Shown: in pieces, positions 1 through 9,369 of the stretch
Layout of the letters: each line of letters opens with the position of its first letter
Numbering within the stretch: the first letter of the stretch is position 1
IMG/VR virus record: IMGVR_UViG_3300031951_000003
Location: 124,001 to 188,000 of that record
Direction: 5' to 3' (one strand)
Length of the DNA: 64,000 nucleotides
Notes under the pieces: model-generated
The model's database searches: none
The model's input: the letters and a program-made list of their open reading frames with translations, nothing else
What the model was told of the DNA's origin: nothing
Made by a program: the position numbers and the translations under genes

Positions 1-302
1 TTATATGCCTTTAAAGATAATTTGAGTGCTCCTTGAGCATTTGGAAGATTTTCTTCAACAACGTTAATCGTGTCAAGTTTGTGTACAGTGTCTGTGTGAG
101 ATATTACACAAGGGAAATAAAAACCTTCAGGTAAATCCCCAACCGGTTTCTTTGTTGCATACACATTATTTTTTTCATCGAGATAATATTCGATTTGATT
201 TTCTTCCAACCATTTGGTTAGATAAAGAACCATTAAATCTTCTTTGTATGTGTGTGTTGGAACACTTAAAACTTCTTTGAGTAACTCTAAACTTTTTGTC
301 AT
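1..302 (-). CDS. M20/M28-type metallopeptidase, N-terminal part (runs off window)
   Basis: Hand translation MTKSLELLKEVLSVPTHTYKEDLM...NNVYATK...PCVISHTDTVH; HxDTV Zn-binding motif; TATATTTG just upstream. Confidence 0.7.
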   Translation of the reverse strand, partial: MTKSLELLKEVLSVPTHTYKEDLMVLYLTKWLEENQIEYYLDEKNNVYATKKPVGDLPEGFYFPCVISHTDTVHKLDTINVVEENLPNAQGALKLSLKAY

Positions 303-322
303 ACTGCAAATATATGACAAAA

Positions 323-1369
323 TTACAATTCAACCAAATTAAATAATTCTGGTTGATAAAGTAATTTGTTGAAACCGTCTTCAGAAATTTTGAATTTATT
401 TATACCCGACATCCCTTTCTTCTTTTTCAAAGATATGTCAATTTTTTTTGTTTCCCTATCAAAACCATCGATTCTAAAAATTAAATCCGACCCTTTTGGT
501 ATTTCATACCATATACCGATTTTATGTTTTTTTGTAACCCTATCAATCATATCCATAAAGGTGTTAGAATCACCTGATTCATAATCTTCTTCAATTCTCT
601 CCAAAATTTTTTCCAACGACCTATTTGCTTCTTTATTAAAACTTTCATTGTCGAATACATCATCATCTTGATATTCAAACCTATCTTCATCCCATCCACC
701 AATTGTTCTATTGGAATCTTGGAATATAGTTTTCAGTAATTTTTTGATTGACACGTGTGGAACATTATATTGAATGAAATTTGATATTAAATCACCCACA
801 GTTGTTTTGATTCCATCTCCATGTCTCTGAAAACCAAAATCCCCTAAAAAATTATTCAATTCCGAATTTACATGTTCAGATGCAACGTGTCTTATTTCAA
901 TATTTTTTTCGTGGGTCCAATCAATCACTATTGAGCCAATCTCTCGGGGATAATACTTTTCTAAAAACACTGCAAAACCAGCTCTGTCTTCTTCATCCTC
1001 GTAGTCAAATTTTTTACTATATATAAGTTTGGATATTCTTTGTAAAAGTTCTTTATTATCTGAATCGAAATTGTACCAAGGACCATACCCGTCTAAAAAA
1101 TCTTGTTCGGATGCACTTGAATCTTGAATATCGTAAGTATTGTACGGATTGTTAATTGCCTGTTCGAACCAAATATCATCATCATCCAAACCAATAATTT
1201 TTCCAAACTCATTCATGTCTGTGAATTCTATAATAACTTTTGACAAAGCAGGATTTTCCCTACTCGCAATAACTCTTCCAATGGACTTATCCGCCCCTTC
1301 CAATTCATACTGATTAATTTTTCCTTTTACAAATTTTCTTAAAGCAAAAAAACTATCTCCTGGTTCCAT
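323..1369 (-). CDS. Hypothetical acidic phage protein
   Basis: 348-aa ORF; TATTTATA 4 nt upstream of ATG. Confidence 0.7.
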   Translation of the reverse strand: MEPGDSFFALRKFVKGKINQYELEGADKSIGRVIASRENPALSKVIIEFTDMNEFGKIIGLDDDDIWFEQAINNPYNTYDIQDSSASEQDFLDGYGPWYNFDSDNKELLQRISKLIYSKKFDYEDEEDRAGFAVFLEKYYPREIGSIVIDWTHEKNIEIRHVASEHVNSELNNFLGDFGFQRHGDGIKTTVGDLISNFIQYNVPHVSIKKLLKTIFQDSNRTIGGWDEDRFEYQDDDVFDNESFNKEANRSLEKILERIEEDYESGDSNTFMDMIDRVTKKHKIGIWYEIPKGSDLIFRIDGFDRETKKIDISLKKKKGMSGINKFKISEDGFNKLLYQPELFNLVEL

Positions 1370-1413
1370 ATCGTATAAATAGACTTTTAATTTGGAAATT
1401 TAATATTTATGTA

Positions 1414-1436
1414 TATCTTTGTTGTGTTCTTTGAAA
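1414..1436 (+). promoter_or_regulatory. Bacteroidota-type -7 promoter (TATCTTTG) and boxA-like GTTCTTTGAAA upstream of tmRNA
   Basis: Matches TAnnTTTG; the same boxA-like word precedes tRNA-Glu at 13458-13468. Confidence 0.6.
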
Positions 1437-1441
1437 ATATT

Positions 1442-1834
1442 GGGGAAGTCATGGCAATTGATTGGCGTGTGTAGTTATAGGTGGCACGTAGGAGCTGAGT
1501 TAACTCCTTTATCAACTGATTTGAAAAAACAAATGGCAATACTTTTGCTAAGATGGCTGCTATCGGTTTAATCGCTGAAGAAGCTACTGTTGTTGCTTAA
1601 TTTAAGTCACGACACTCGGGTCGGTTAGGACATTAACCTAGGAACAGAAGTCCAATATACGGGTCACAGGTCAGAGCTCGTTTAAAATAATTCTGAGACC
1701 AAGTTGTTTGTAGGTGGGTTTCTCACATATATCAAACCTAATATTTCGGAACATTGAGAAACAATGTTGTAATAAACGTGTAGTCACTTATAGTTGTCGC
1801 GAACAAGACACGGGTTCGACTCCCGTCTTCTCCA
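1442..1834 (+). ncRNA. ssrA: tmRNA; tag reading frame 1535-1600 (A)GNTFAKMAAIGLIAEEATVVA*
   Basis: Acceptor GGGGAAG/CTTCTCC-A with G3.U70; T-arm GACACGGGTTCGACTCCCGTC; internal Ala-rich tag ORF. Confidence 0.93.
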
Positions 1835-1843
1835 CAGCAGATT

Positions 1844-1871
1844 AACCCCGAGAAACTCTCGGGGTTTTTTA
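1844..1871 (+). terminator. Intrinsic terminator after tmRNA
   Basis: AACCCCGAGA-aac-TCTCGGGGTT + T run. Confidence 0.85.
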
Positions 1872-1954
1872 TTTGACTTGTTAAAGATTTATTAATATTA
1901 TTTAGACGACTTTGGAAATTAAGACCATACTTATTTTAGTCGGAGAGCAATTTT

Positions 1955-2014
1955 ATGAAATATTATTTACTGACGAACTTCAAAACTTGTAATATCGGAA
2001 TCCCGTTGGCTTAG
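1955..2014 (+). CDS. Putative leader peptide MKYYLLTNFKTCNIGIPLA upstream of TonB-dependent receptor
   Basis: GGAGAG upstream; stop codon lies in the loop of a terminator-like hairpin. Confidence 0.4.
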   Translation: MKYYLLTNFKTCNIGIPLA

Positions 2015-2032
2015 CGTCCTCGGGATTTTTTT
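1999..2032 (+). terminator. Terminator-like hairpin in 5' leader of TonB-dependent receptor
   Basis: AATCCCG...CGGGATT followed by T run, ~30 nt before the ATG. Confidence 0.55.
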
Positions 2033-2059
2033 ATTTATAAACCAATAAACAAAAAAGCA

Positions 2060-5000
2060 ATGAAAAAAGCAATCTTGATGTCACTTTTAACCTTATTCGT
2101 GACAATCACATCTTTCGGGCAGATTACAACTTCTTCCCTGTCAGGTGTAGTTAAAAATGAAAAAGGTGAGACTTTGGTAGGTGCTACAGTTCATGCGGTA
2201 CACCAACCAACAGGTTCAGAATACCGTGCAACCACAAACAAAACGGGTGTCTACTCAATTCCGGCTGTACGTGTAGGAGGACCTTATCTTATTCACGTTA
2301 GTTACGTAGGCTACAGAAAAGCTGAACTAACTGACATCAACACTCTTCTTGGGGTTACAAGTAATGTTGACGTAACTCTTATTTCTGAATCAAAAGAGTT
2401 GAAAGAAGTTACTATTGTTGGAACGAGAAACAATTTATTCTCAAAAGACAAAACAGGGGCAGCTCAACAATTCGGACGTAGAGAACTAACTACAATTCCA
2501 ATTACGGGTGCAAGAACAATTGACGGAATTACCAAATACAATCCTTTTGGTGATGGTCGTTCTTTTGGAGCACAGGATTCTCGATTGAATAATTTTACAA
2601 TCGACGGTTCTCAGTTCAACAACAACTTCGGTTTGGGTTCATCAGCGGCTGCTGGTGGTAGAACAGGTGCTTCAGCAATTTCTTTGGATGCGATTGACCA
2701 ATTACAGGTGAACGTCGCTCCTTTTGACATTCGTCAAAGTGGTTTCGTGGGTGCAGGTATTAACGCTGTTACTCGTTCTGGAACTAACGAAATTGAAGGA
2801 AGTGTTTATCAAACACAAAGAAACAATTCAAAAACTTATGTGGGAGACAACGCTAGAGGAACTACAGTAACTGCTCAGAAATTTGATGAAAAAGTTTTCG
2901 GTTTTAGATTGGGTGCACCAATCATCAAAAATAAATTATTCATTTTTGGAAACTATGAAAGCATCGTTAGAACTGAACCAGGCACAACTTGGATTTCTAC
3001 CGGTTCTCCTTTGACAGGTTCACAAGTAAGTCGTGTTAAATACGATGACATGGTGAGACTTTCGAAGTTCATGAGAGATACTTTAGGTTATGAAACAGGT
3101 CCTTTTGAAGGTTATTCTAACACAAACGATTCAAGAAAATTCATGACTCGTTTGGATTGGAACATTAGTCCAAAACACAAGTTAATGGCACGTTTTGTTA
3201 ATCACAACTCATCCGCTGAGATTAACATTTCTAACTCTCAGTCAGCGGGTGCTGGAAACAGAACTACTCAATTCAACGCAATGAGTTTCCAAAACAGTGG
3301 ATACATTATTATGGATAATACTCGTTCAGGTGTATTAGAATTGAATTCTAAGTTTTCAAACACACTCCACAACAATTTGATTATCTCTTATGACAAACAA
3401 ATTGAAGACAGAGCTTACATGAGTCAAATGTTCCCAACAATTGACATCAGAGAAGGTTCAGCAACTTACACTTCTGTAGGTTTTGACCCATTCACACCAG
3501 GAAATAAATTGAACTATTGGACATTCAACGTTACTAACAACGTTACAAAATATTTGGAAAAACACACTTTGGTGGGTGGTTTCAACTATCAAATGTACCA
3601 ATCAAACAATTTATTCTTCCCAGCTTCGAACGGTGTATATATTTTCAACAGTTTGAATGACTTCTACACTGCAGCTAAACAATCAGTTGCTAATAATGGA
3701 GGACCTTCAGCTTTCGCACCAGCGAGATTTCAGTTTCGTTATTCTGCTTTACCTGGAGCGGTTGAACCAATGCAGGTATTGGAAGCTAATCGTTTAGACC
3801 TTTATGTTCAAGACGAGTATAACCTTACTAAGAATTTAAAATTAACAACGGGATTGAGAGCGAACGTAATTTCACTTGGAAATACAGCTCTTGAAAATCC
3901 TGCAATCACATCAATGACATTTGGTGGTGGTGAAAAATTAAACACGAGCGTGATGCCGAAAACACAATTGTTATTCGAACCACGTTTCGGTTTCAACTAT
4001 GATTTAAAAGGTGAAAAGAAAACTCAAATTAGAGGTGGTACAGGTATTTTCACAGGTAGACCTCCATTTGTTTTCTTATCAAACCAAATCGGAAATAACG
4101 GTGTATTAACAGGATTTATCGATGTATCAGGTGCTCAAGCATCACAATACGGATTTACTACAAATCCTAATCAATATTTTATTCCTCAAACACCAACATT
4201 ACCTTCAACTTTTGATTTAGCTTTCACTGACGCAAATTACAAGTTCCCTCAAGTATGGAGAAGTAATTTAGCAATCGACCAAAAACTACCTTGGTTGGGT
4301 TTAGTGGCAAGTGCTGAAGTTCTTTACAATAAGACAATAAACGCAGTTCATTACTACAACGCAAACCAAGATGTTCCTGTAGGAACTTTAGGTGGTCCTG
4401 ACAAAAGAGCATTGTTTGCAAATACTGACCCTGGTGTTAGAGTAAATGATAATGTTTCTATGGCAGCAGTTTTAACAAACAAACAAGGTGCTTACAACAA
4501 GTCTCTTACATTGAAATTAGAAAAACCAATTTCGAAAGGAGTTTGGGGTTATGCAGCTTGGACTACATCAAGAGCTGAAGATTACATGAGTGCTGGTTCA
4601 ATCGCGAGTGGTTCATGGCAATCAGCTCGTTCTATCAACGGAAACAACGATTTACAACTTTCTACTTCAGACTTTGTTGTTAGGAATAGAATCGTAGGTT
4701 TATTAGGTTATAGATTTGATTATGGTAAGAAATACGGTGGAGCAACTACAATCACTATTGGTTACGTAGGTGCTCAAAATAACCCATTCTCTTACACTGT
4801 AGCGGGTGACCTTAACGGTGATAGAGTTAGAGACAACGAACTTATGTTTGTACCTGTAAATGGTTCTGACATTCGTTTCTCAACTTTAACAGTAGGTACA
4901 AGAACTTATACAGAAGCTGAACAACAAGCGGCTTTCGAATCATTTATTTCTCAAGATGACTACCTTTCTACAAGAAGAGGTCAGTACGCTGAAAGAAACG

Positions 5001-5335
5001 CTTCTTTCCTTCCTTGGTTACACAGATTTGACCTTTCAGTGGCTCAAGATGTGTTCATAAAAATCAAAGGAAAAAGAAACACTTTCCAAATCAGAGCTGA
5101 CATCCTTAACTTCGGAAACATGGTTAATAACAAGTGGGGTGTTTCTCAAAGAGCGGCAGTTCCTCAGTTGTTAAACTTTGTAAGTAGAGACGCGAACAAT
5201 GTTCCTTCTTACAGACTTTCAACTCAAATTCTTGATGGACAAACAGTATTGGCAAAACAAACTTACCAATTCAACTCATCAGTATTTGACGTATGGAGTG
5301 CACAGTTAGGTATTAGATATACTTTCGGTAAGTAA
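2060..5335 (+). CDS. TonB-dependent outer-membrane receptor (Oar-like; carboxypeptidase-regulatory N-domain, plug, beta-barrel)
   Basis: Signal peptide; LSGVV..E.LVGATV N-domain; NNFTIDG and GAGINAVTRSGTN plug motifs; C-terminal QLGIRYTF. Confidence 0.92.
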   Translation: MKKAILMSLLTLFVTITSFGQITTSSLSGVVKNEKGETLVGATVHAVHQPTGSEYRATTNKTGVYSIPAVRVGGPYLIHVSYVGYRKAELTDINTLLGVTSNVDVTLISESKELKEVTIVGTRNNLFSKDKTGAAQQFGRRELTTIPITGARTIDGITKYNPFGDGRSFGAQDSRLNNFTIDGSQFNNNFGLGSSAAAGGRTGASAISLDAIDQLQVNVAPFDIRQSGFVGAGINAVTRSGTNEIEGSVYQTQRNNSKTYVGDNARGTTVTAQKFDEKVFGFRLGAPIIKNKLFIFGNYESIVRTEPGTTWISTGSPLTGSQVSRVKYDDMVRLSKFMRDTLGYETGPFEGYSNTNDSRKFMTRLDWNISPKHKLMARFVNHNSSAEINISNSQSAGAGNRTTQFNAMSFQNSGYIIMDNTRSGVLELNSKFSNTLHNNLIISYDKQIEDRAYMSQMFPTIDIREGSATYTSVGFDPFTPGNKLNYWTFNVTNNVTKYLEKHTLVGGFNYQMYQSNNLFFPASNGVYIFNSLNDFYTAAKQSVANNGGPSAFAPARFQFRYSALPGAVEPMQVLEANRLDLYVQDEYNLTKNLKLTTGLRANVISLGNTALENPAITSMTFGGGEKLNTSVMPKTQLLFEPRFGFNYDLKGEKKTQIRGGTGIFTGRPPFVFLSNQIGNNGVLTGFIDVSGAQASQYGFTTNPNQYFIPQTPTLPSTFDLAFTDANYKFPQVWRSNLAIDQKLPWLGLVASAEVLYNKTINAVHYYNANQDVPVGTLGGPDKRALFANTDPGVRVNDNVSMAAVLTNKQGAYNKSLTLKLEKPISKGVWGYAAWTTSRAEDYMSAGSIASGSWQSARSINGNNDLQLSTSDFVVRNRIVGLLGYRFDYGKKYGGATTITIGYVGAQNNPFSYTVAGDLNGDRVRDNELMFVPVNGSDIRFSTLTVGTRTYTEAEQQAAFESFISQDDYLSTRRGQYAERNASFLPWLHRFDLSVAQDVFIKIKGKRNTFQIRADILNFGNMVNNKWGVSQRAAVPQLLNFVSRDANNVPSYRLSTQILDGQTVLAKQTYQFNSSVFDVWSAQLGIRYTFGK

Positions 5336-5354
5336 TATCGAATATTAAAATTTT

Positions 5355-5385
5355 AAACCCTCATCTTCGGATGGGGGTTTTTTTT
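5355..5385 (+). terminator. Intrinsic terminator
   Basis: AAACCCTCATC-ttcg-GATGGGGGTTT + T run. Confidence 0.8.
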
Positions 5386-5413
5386 ATAACAAAAATTTCT
5401 TATCATTCTTTCA

Positions 5414-5764
5414 ATGAATAAGTTAGTTACAATTTTTTTTATTTTATCGGTTTACACCTTTTCACAAATTTTCACATTTTATCAACTACAAGGTCATCTT
5501 TGGAATAAATGGATTAAAGACCACCCTTTCCTGATGAGTTTAATGGGTGTCCCTGTTGGTTATTTTGTAATTCTTGCAAGTAGAGAAATGGTAAGTCTAT
5601 ATGGAGGACAAACTTGGCCAAACAGAATCATAGGATTTGTTTTCGGTGTGTTTGTCTTTAGTTTCATGGCATGGATAATGTTGAAAGAACCAATAACAAC
5701 CAAAACTATAGTTTGTCTCATTCTAAGTTTTGCAGTTCTTTGTATTCAATTGTTTTGGAAATAA
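5414..5764 (+). CDS. Small 4-TM membrane protein (DMT/SMR-like)
   Basis: Four hydrophobic segments; LKEPITTK motif resembling EamA/DMT. Confidence 0.6.
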   Translation: MNKLVTIFFILSVYTFSQIFTFYQLQGHLWNKWIKDHPFLMSLMGVPVGYFVILASREMVSLYGGQTWPNRIIGFVFGVFVFSFMAWIMLKEPITTKTIVCLILSFAVLCIQLFWK

Positions 5765-5780
5765 TTGGTATTTATACCAT

Positions 5781-7262
5781 ATGAAGTTTATTTCCATTTT
5801 ACTTAAGGAAGGTCGTAAAGAAGATTTAAAGAAAAAATATGCCGAGAAGTTTGACGAAGAGACTTTGGATTGGATATTGAACATTGCAGATTTAAAAGAT
5901 TTCAATCACAAATACACGGACTTTGTTTTAAAACATGTACATCCTGATTATGTTGACGGAGATGTTGAAATTGGTATTGATTTAATCAAAAGTTTTGACA
6001 AATATCAATCCCAACTCGAAAAAAAAGATATTAATCAATACAGTGGTTTTGAGGAATTAGACAATGTTTTAGTCCCTATCCACCAAAAACAGAAAGACAG
6101 AGAATTAGAAAAACAGGTAGATAAGATTTACGAAGATGATAAATTTCTTGTAATCAAACCTAAAACACACCAAGCTTCGTGTAAATACGGTTCGAATACT
6201 AAGTGGTGTACAACCGCACAATCCCCTGACCATTTCGAAAGATATACCTCAGGTAGGCAAGGACTATATTACATAATTAACAAAGCCAATTCCACAAACA
6301 AAGATTACTCAAAAATTGCAATACATTTTGACAACTTAGGAACTGAGAGATATTGGGATTCGAAAGATTCTCCAATGAGTGAACGAGAAATTGCAATTTT
6401 TAACTACGCGTTTCCCGAAATAGTTGATGTAATAAAAGCCGATTATAACATGAATGTGGGGTCAATGACCGACAAGTTTTTAGCAGAATCATTCGATAAA
6501 GTTGGTGAGTCATCAGCAGATAAAAGAAACTACTTGAACTCAACTTATACTTTATCAACACTTGTTAGAGGATTTCAAAACATACCTGATTTAGGTTTTG
6601 GTCATACAGAAGGTGTTTTAACAATATCTTTAAGTTCAGATGAAGACAACAAATTAATTGATGAATATAATATTTTTATCACATACAAATCTAAAGATGA
6701 AAAAACCTTTACAGCTAGTATAGGTTTTGGGAGTACTGATGAAGTTTCAAGTGACGATTTTGTAGACCTTGGGCTTGAAGGGTGGGGAATTGATGCGACA
6801 TACTATCTTGGTAAAACCCCCGCAGAAACCGCTGAAGGTGTTAGAAGACACATTGCACATAGAGTTTTAGACCATATTGTAAACAATCAAAAACTTATAC
6901 AAATGGTTGCTGGAACAACAAAAGTATTCAGACCCACGTATGGATATAAATTTGGTAAAAATAAAGGTTGGGTTAAAAAACTTGTTGATTATTTGGACAA
7001 AGGAAAGATAGGAACAAAATTAGATTTTCTTATGGATATTGGATATATTGAACCTGTAATTAAAGATGGTCAAAAAGGTTATAAAAAATCTAAAGGGAAT
7101 CATTTTTACAAGCCACGTGATTTAAGAGGTCAACACTCGTCATTTTTTGCTGCGGCTAAAAATGCCGGTATTTTGGGATACAGAAAAGTTGGAAAGGATT
7201 TTTTCTTGATTAAAGGTCCTAATTTTGATGCATTCAAAAAAGGGGAACTCAAGGCACTTTAG
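5781..7262 (+). CDS. Hypothetical phage protein with KYGxxTxWCTT domain (paralog of 38271-39260)
   Basis: Start reassigned to MKFISILLKEG after TATTTATA at 5769-5776; shares YEDD..LVIKP..AS.KYG..TKWCTT..YYIINK with paralog. Confidence 0.75.
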   Translation: MKFISILLKEGRKEDLKKKYAEKFDEETLDWILNIADLKDFNHKYTDFVLKHVHPDYVDGDVEIGIDLIKSFDKYQSQLEKKDINQYSGFEELDNVLVPIHQKQKDRELEKQVDKIYEDDKFLVIKPKTHQASCKYGSNTKWCTTAQSPDHFERYTSGRQGLYYIINKANSTNKDYSKIAIHFDNLGTERYWDSKDSPMSEREIAIFNYAFPEIVDVIKADYNMNVGSMTDKFLAESFDKVGESSADKRNYLNSTYTLSTLVRGFQNIPDLGFGHTEGVLTISLSSDEDNKLIDEYNIFITYKSKDEKTFTASIGFGSTDEVSSDDFVDLGLEGWGIDATYYLGKTPAETAEGVRRHIAHRVLDHIVNNQKLIQMVAGTTKVFRPTYGYKFGKNKGWVKKLVDYLDKGKIGTKLDFLMDIGYIEPVIKDGQKGYKKSKGNHFYKPRDLRGQHSSFFAAAKNAGILGYRKVGKDFFLIKGPNFDAFKKGELKAL

Positions 7263-7473
7263 ACAATCTTCGAAAATAGATATATAACCCAAAAAATAAT
7301 CCCGCAATACAATACAAAACGAAGTTCGCTTTCCATAAATCTCCTGTCAGTAATATTAGGGAATACTGAACGGCATCGAATCCAAAAGGATTGAAGAACA
7401 GAGCCAACATCAAAAAGATTTGTGATAGATTGTCTTGAAAAGTTTTTTTCCAAGTCTTTATTCTGTTTACCAT
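7249..7473 (-). CDS. Small 2-TM membrane protein
   Basis: 74-aa ORF with two hydrophobic helices. Confidence 0.55.
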   Translation of the reverse strand: MVNRIKTWKKTFQDNLSQIFLMLALFFNPFGFDAVQYSLILLTGDLWKANFVLYCIAGLFFGLYIYFRRLSKVP

Positions 7474-7532
7474 CGTCCATATTATAGTATTACAAATTTA
7501 TTTCTAAGTCAGAATTTTTATAATAAATAGTA

Positions 7533-8153
7533 ATGTTCAAAAAAACTAAAAACTGGATGTATTCTAATACACACAATACGTGTGTGTTAATGCCAATGAA
7601 AACAGCTTCGACTCACGTATCTTGGGTTTTGAAATACTTTGACTTTGAATCTCATGTAAGAATTTTTTATGATGACGGAACACACAAAGATTTTACAAAC
7701 TCTCACGTTCAACCCCATGATTGTTTCATACCAGAAGAATTAGTAAACCCGAAAACAATTCTGACCGTAAGAAACCCTTACGAAAGAATTTTATCTTTTT
7801 TTTTATTCACGAGGAATTACTTACTAAACAAAAATGTTTCACCAAGTGATTTCAGTTATTTTCTCAATGGTTTGAATGATGAAAGTAATGATTTCAAACA
7901 ACTCAATTTTGTAATTGAAGTCCCCCCAACTTATATTATCAGAAAAGAGAATTTATATGAAGACTATTGTAAAATTAATTTCATCAATGAATCCGATTTG
8001 AATCATCTCGGTATTTTACAAAAAATGTGTGTTAAGAAAATTAACAAAACAAATTTGGAAATAGAAAAAGAAGATTTTTTGACTTCAGAAAACAAATCAA
8101 TAATTTACAAATTATTCAAACCACATTTCCATTTATTTGGATATGAAAAATAA
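7533..8153 (+). CDS. Sulfotransferase family 2-like protein
   Basis: PMKTAST (5'-PSB-like) and VRNPYERILS (3'-PB) motifs; C-terminal F..FGY. Confidence 0.75.
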   Translation: MFKKTKNWMYSNTHNTCVLMPMKTASTHVSWVLKYFDFESHVRIFYDDGTHKDFTNSHVQPHDCFIPEELVNPKTILTVRNPYERILSFFLFTRNYLLNKNVSPSDFSYFLNGLNDESNDFKQLNFVIEVPPTYIIRKENLYEDYCKINFINESDLNHLGILQKMCVKKINKTNLEIEKEDFLTSENKSIIYKLFKPHFHLFGYEK

Positions 8154-8178
8154 TTGAAATATAATTGCAATAGAGAAA

Positions 8179-8370
8179 ATGATTGATATAAAAAAACTAA
8201 TTGATGAAGAGGGTCCTATCAGAAAATTTGATGGGATTGCACCTGAGGGATTTGTATTAGTTCATGAAAATACTCTGAGAGATTTAAAGAATTGGAAAAT
8301 TTGGGAAGATTGGAAAAATGATGAAATAACTATACATGATTTGAATAAAAAAAATTTTGACAATACTTAA
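8179..8370 (+). CDS. Hypothetical protein
   Basis: 63-aa ORF in gene-dense context. Confidence 0.55.
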   Translation: MIDIKKLIDEEGPIRKFDGIAPEGFVLVHENTLRDLKNWKIWEDWKNDEITIHDLNKKNFDNT

Positions 8371-8403
8371 TAATAAATTATATTTCTATCACAATAAATT
8401 ATA

Positions 8404-8575
8404 ACGTTGTGGAAAGTCATCAGTTCGGAATATTGGTAGAACTTTATTTGATTGGTGATGATGACAAAATCTATCCGTAACGTGTGGTGGTCATACTGAT
8501 GAAACTATCTGCAGTAGTTTAAGGAAGTCGACTCCGAGGTATAACATCCCATCAGTCCCTGACCACTTTTTTTTT
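8404..8575 (+). ncRNA. Candidate two-domain structured RNA
   Basis: ACGTTGTGGA/TCCGTAACGT with GTCATCA/TGATGAC; GTGGTCA/TGACCAC with ACTGATG/CATCAGT; T9 tail. Confidence 0.5.
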
Positions 8576-8580
8576 ACTTT

Positions 8581-8970
8581 ATGACAACAAAAAATCCAAC
8601 ATTCTTCGTAGACATTGACGGCACAATTGTCAAATACAGAAAGTTTAACGAATTATCCACAGCCGTATTAGAGCCAATTCAAGACGTAATTGACTATCTA
8701 AATCTTCAGTTTGATAAAGGTGCGGTTATAATTGTCACAACAGCTAGACCGAGTTCTTATGAATCTTATACGATAGGTGAGTTAAATAAAATAGGGTTGA
8801 AATACCACAAATTGGTTATGGACTGTGGAAGAGGAACTCGTGTGATATTTAACGATAAAGACCCCGAAAACCCAAATTTAGATAGGGCAGTAGGAATAAA
8901 CTTTACAAGAAATGGTGGATTTGATTCGGTTGGTGGGCCACCAAACATAGAAAATTATGAGTCAAATTAA
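8581..8970 (+). CDS. HAD-superfamily phosphatase-like protein
   Basis: FFVDIDGTI motif I; TTAR motif II. Confidence 0.75.
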   Translation: MTTKNPTFFVDIDGTIVKYRKFNELSTAVLEPIQDVIDYLNLQFDKGAVIIVTTARPSSYESYTIGELNKIGLKYHKLVMDCGRGTRVIFNDKDPENPNLDRAVGINFTRNGGFDSVGGPPNIENYESN

Positions 8971-9322
8971 AGTTTCATATAAAAGACACTTAGCTAAAAC
9001 AATTAGTTATAGATTTCTAAGTACATCAATTGGTTTTTTAGCCATGTGGTGGGCATCAGGTAGTATCAAAGTCGGAGCTGCTTTTGGAATTGTTGAACTT
9101 ATCTACAAACCTCTACAATATTATATACATGAAAGAATTTGGTATAAATACATTAAATTCGGTCTTGTGGGTGATAAAAAAAGAAAGCAAAATTCAATTA
9201 CAGAAGGTAAAATAAAATCACAACCAAAAGTATACGAGTATGATTTACCTATCACTGAACCACCTCCTCCACCGAAACCATCATCAGGAAAAAAAGTTTT
9301 AAATTATTCTTCAAATAGATAA
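8957..9322 (+). CDS. DUF2061-like membrane protein
   Basis: RHLAKTISYR...YYIHERIW signature. Confidence 0.75.
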   Translation: MSQIKVSYKRHLAKTISYRFLSTSIGFLAMWWASGSIKVGAAFGIVELIYKPLQYYIHERIWYKYIKFGLVGDKKRKQNSITEGKIKSQPKVYEYDLPITEPPPPPKPSSGKKVLNYSSNR

Positions 9323-9369
9323 ACCGAGATATCTCGGTTTTTTTTATTTTAAATGTATTTATAGTATCT

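Noticed and set aside
8496-8530. CTGATGA followed by a stem, resembling a hammerhead ribozyme core
   Set aside because: The required GAAA after stem II and a cleavage triplet in the right geometry are absent.
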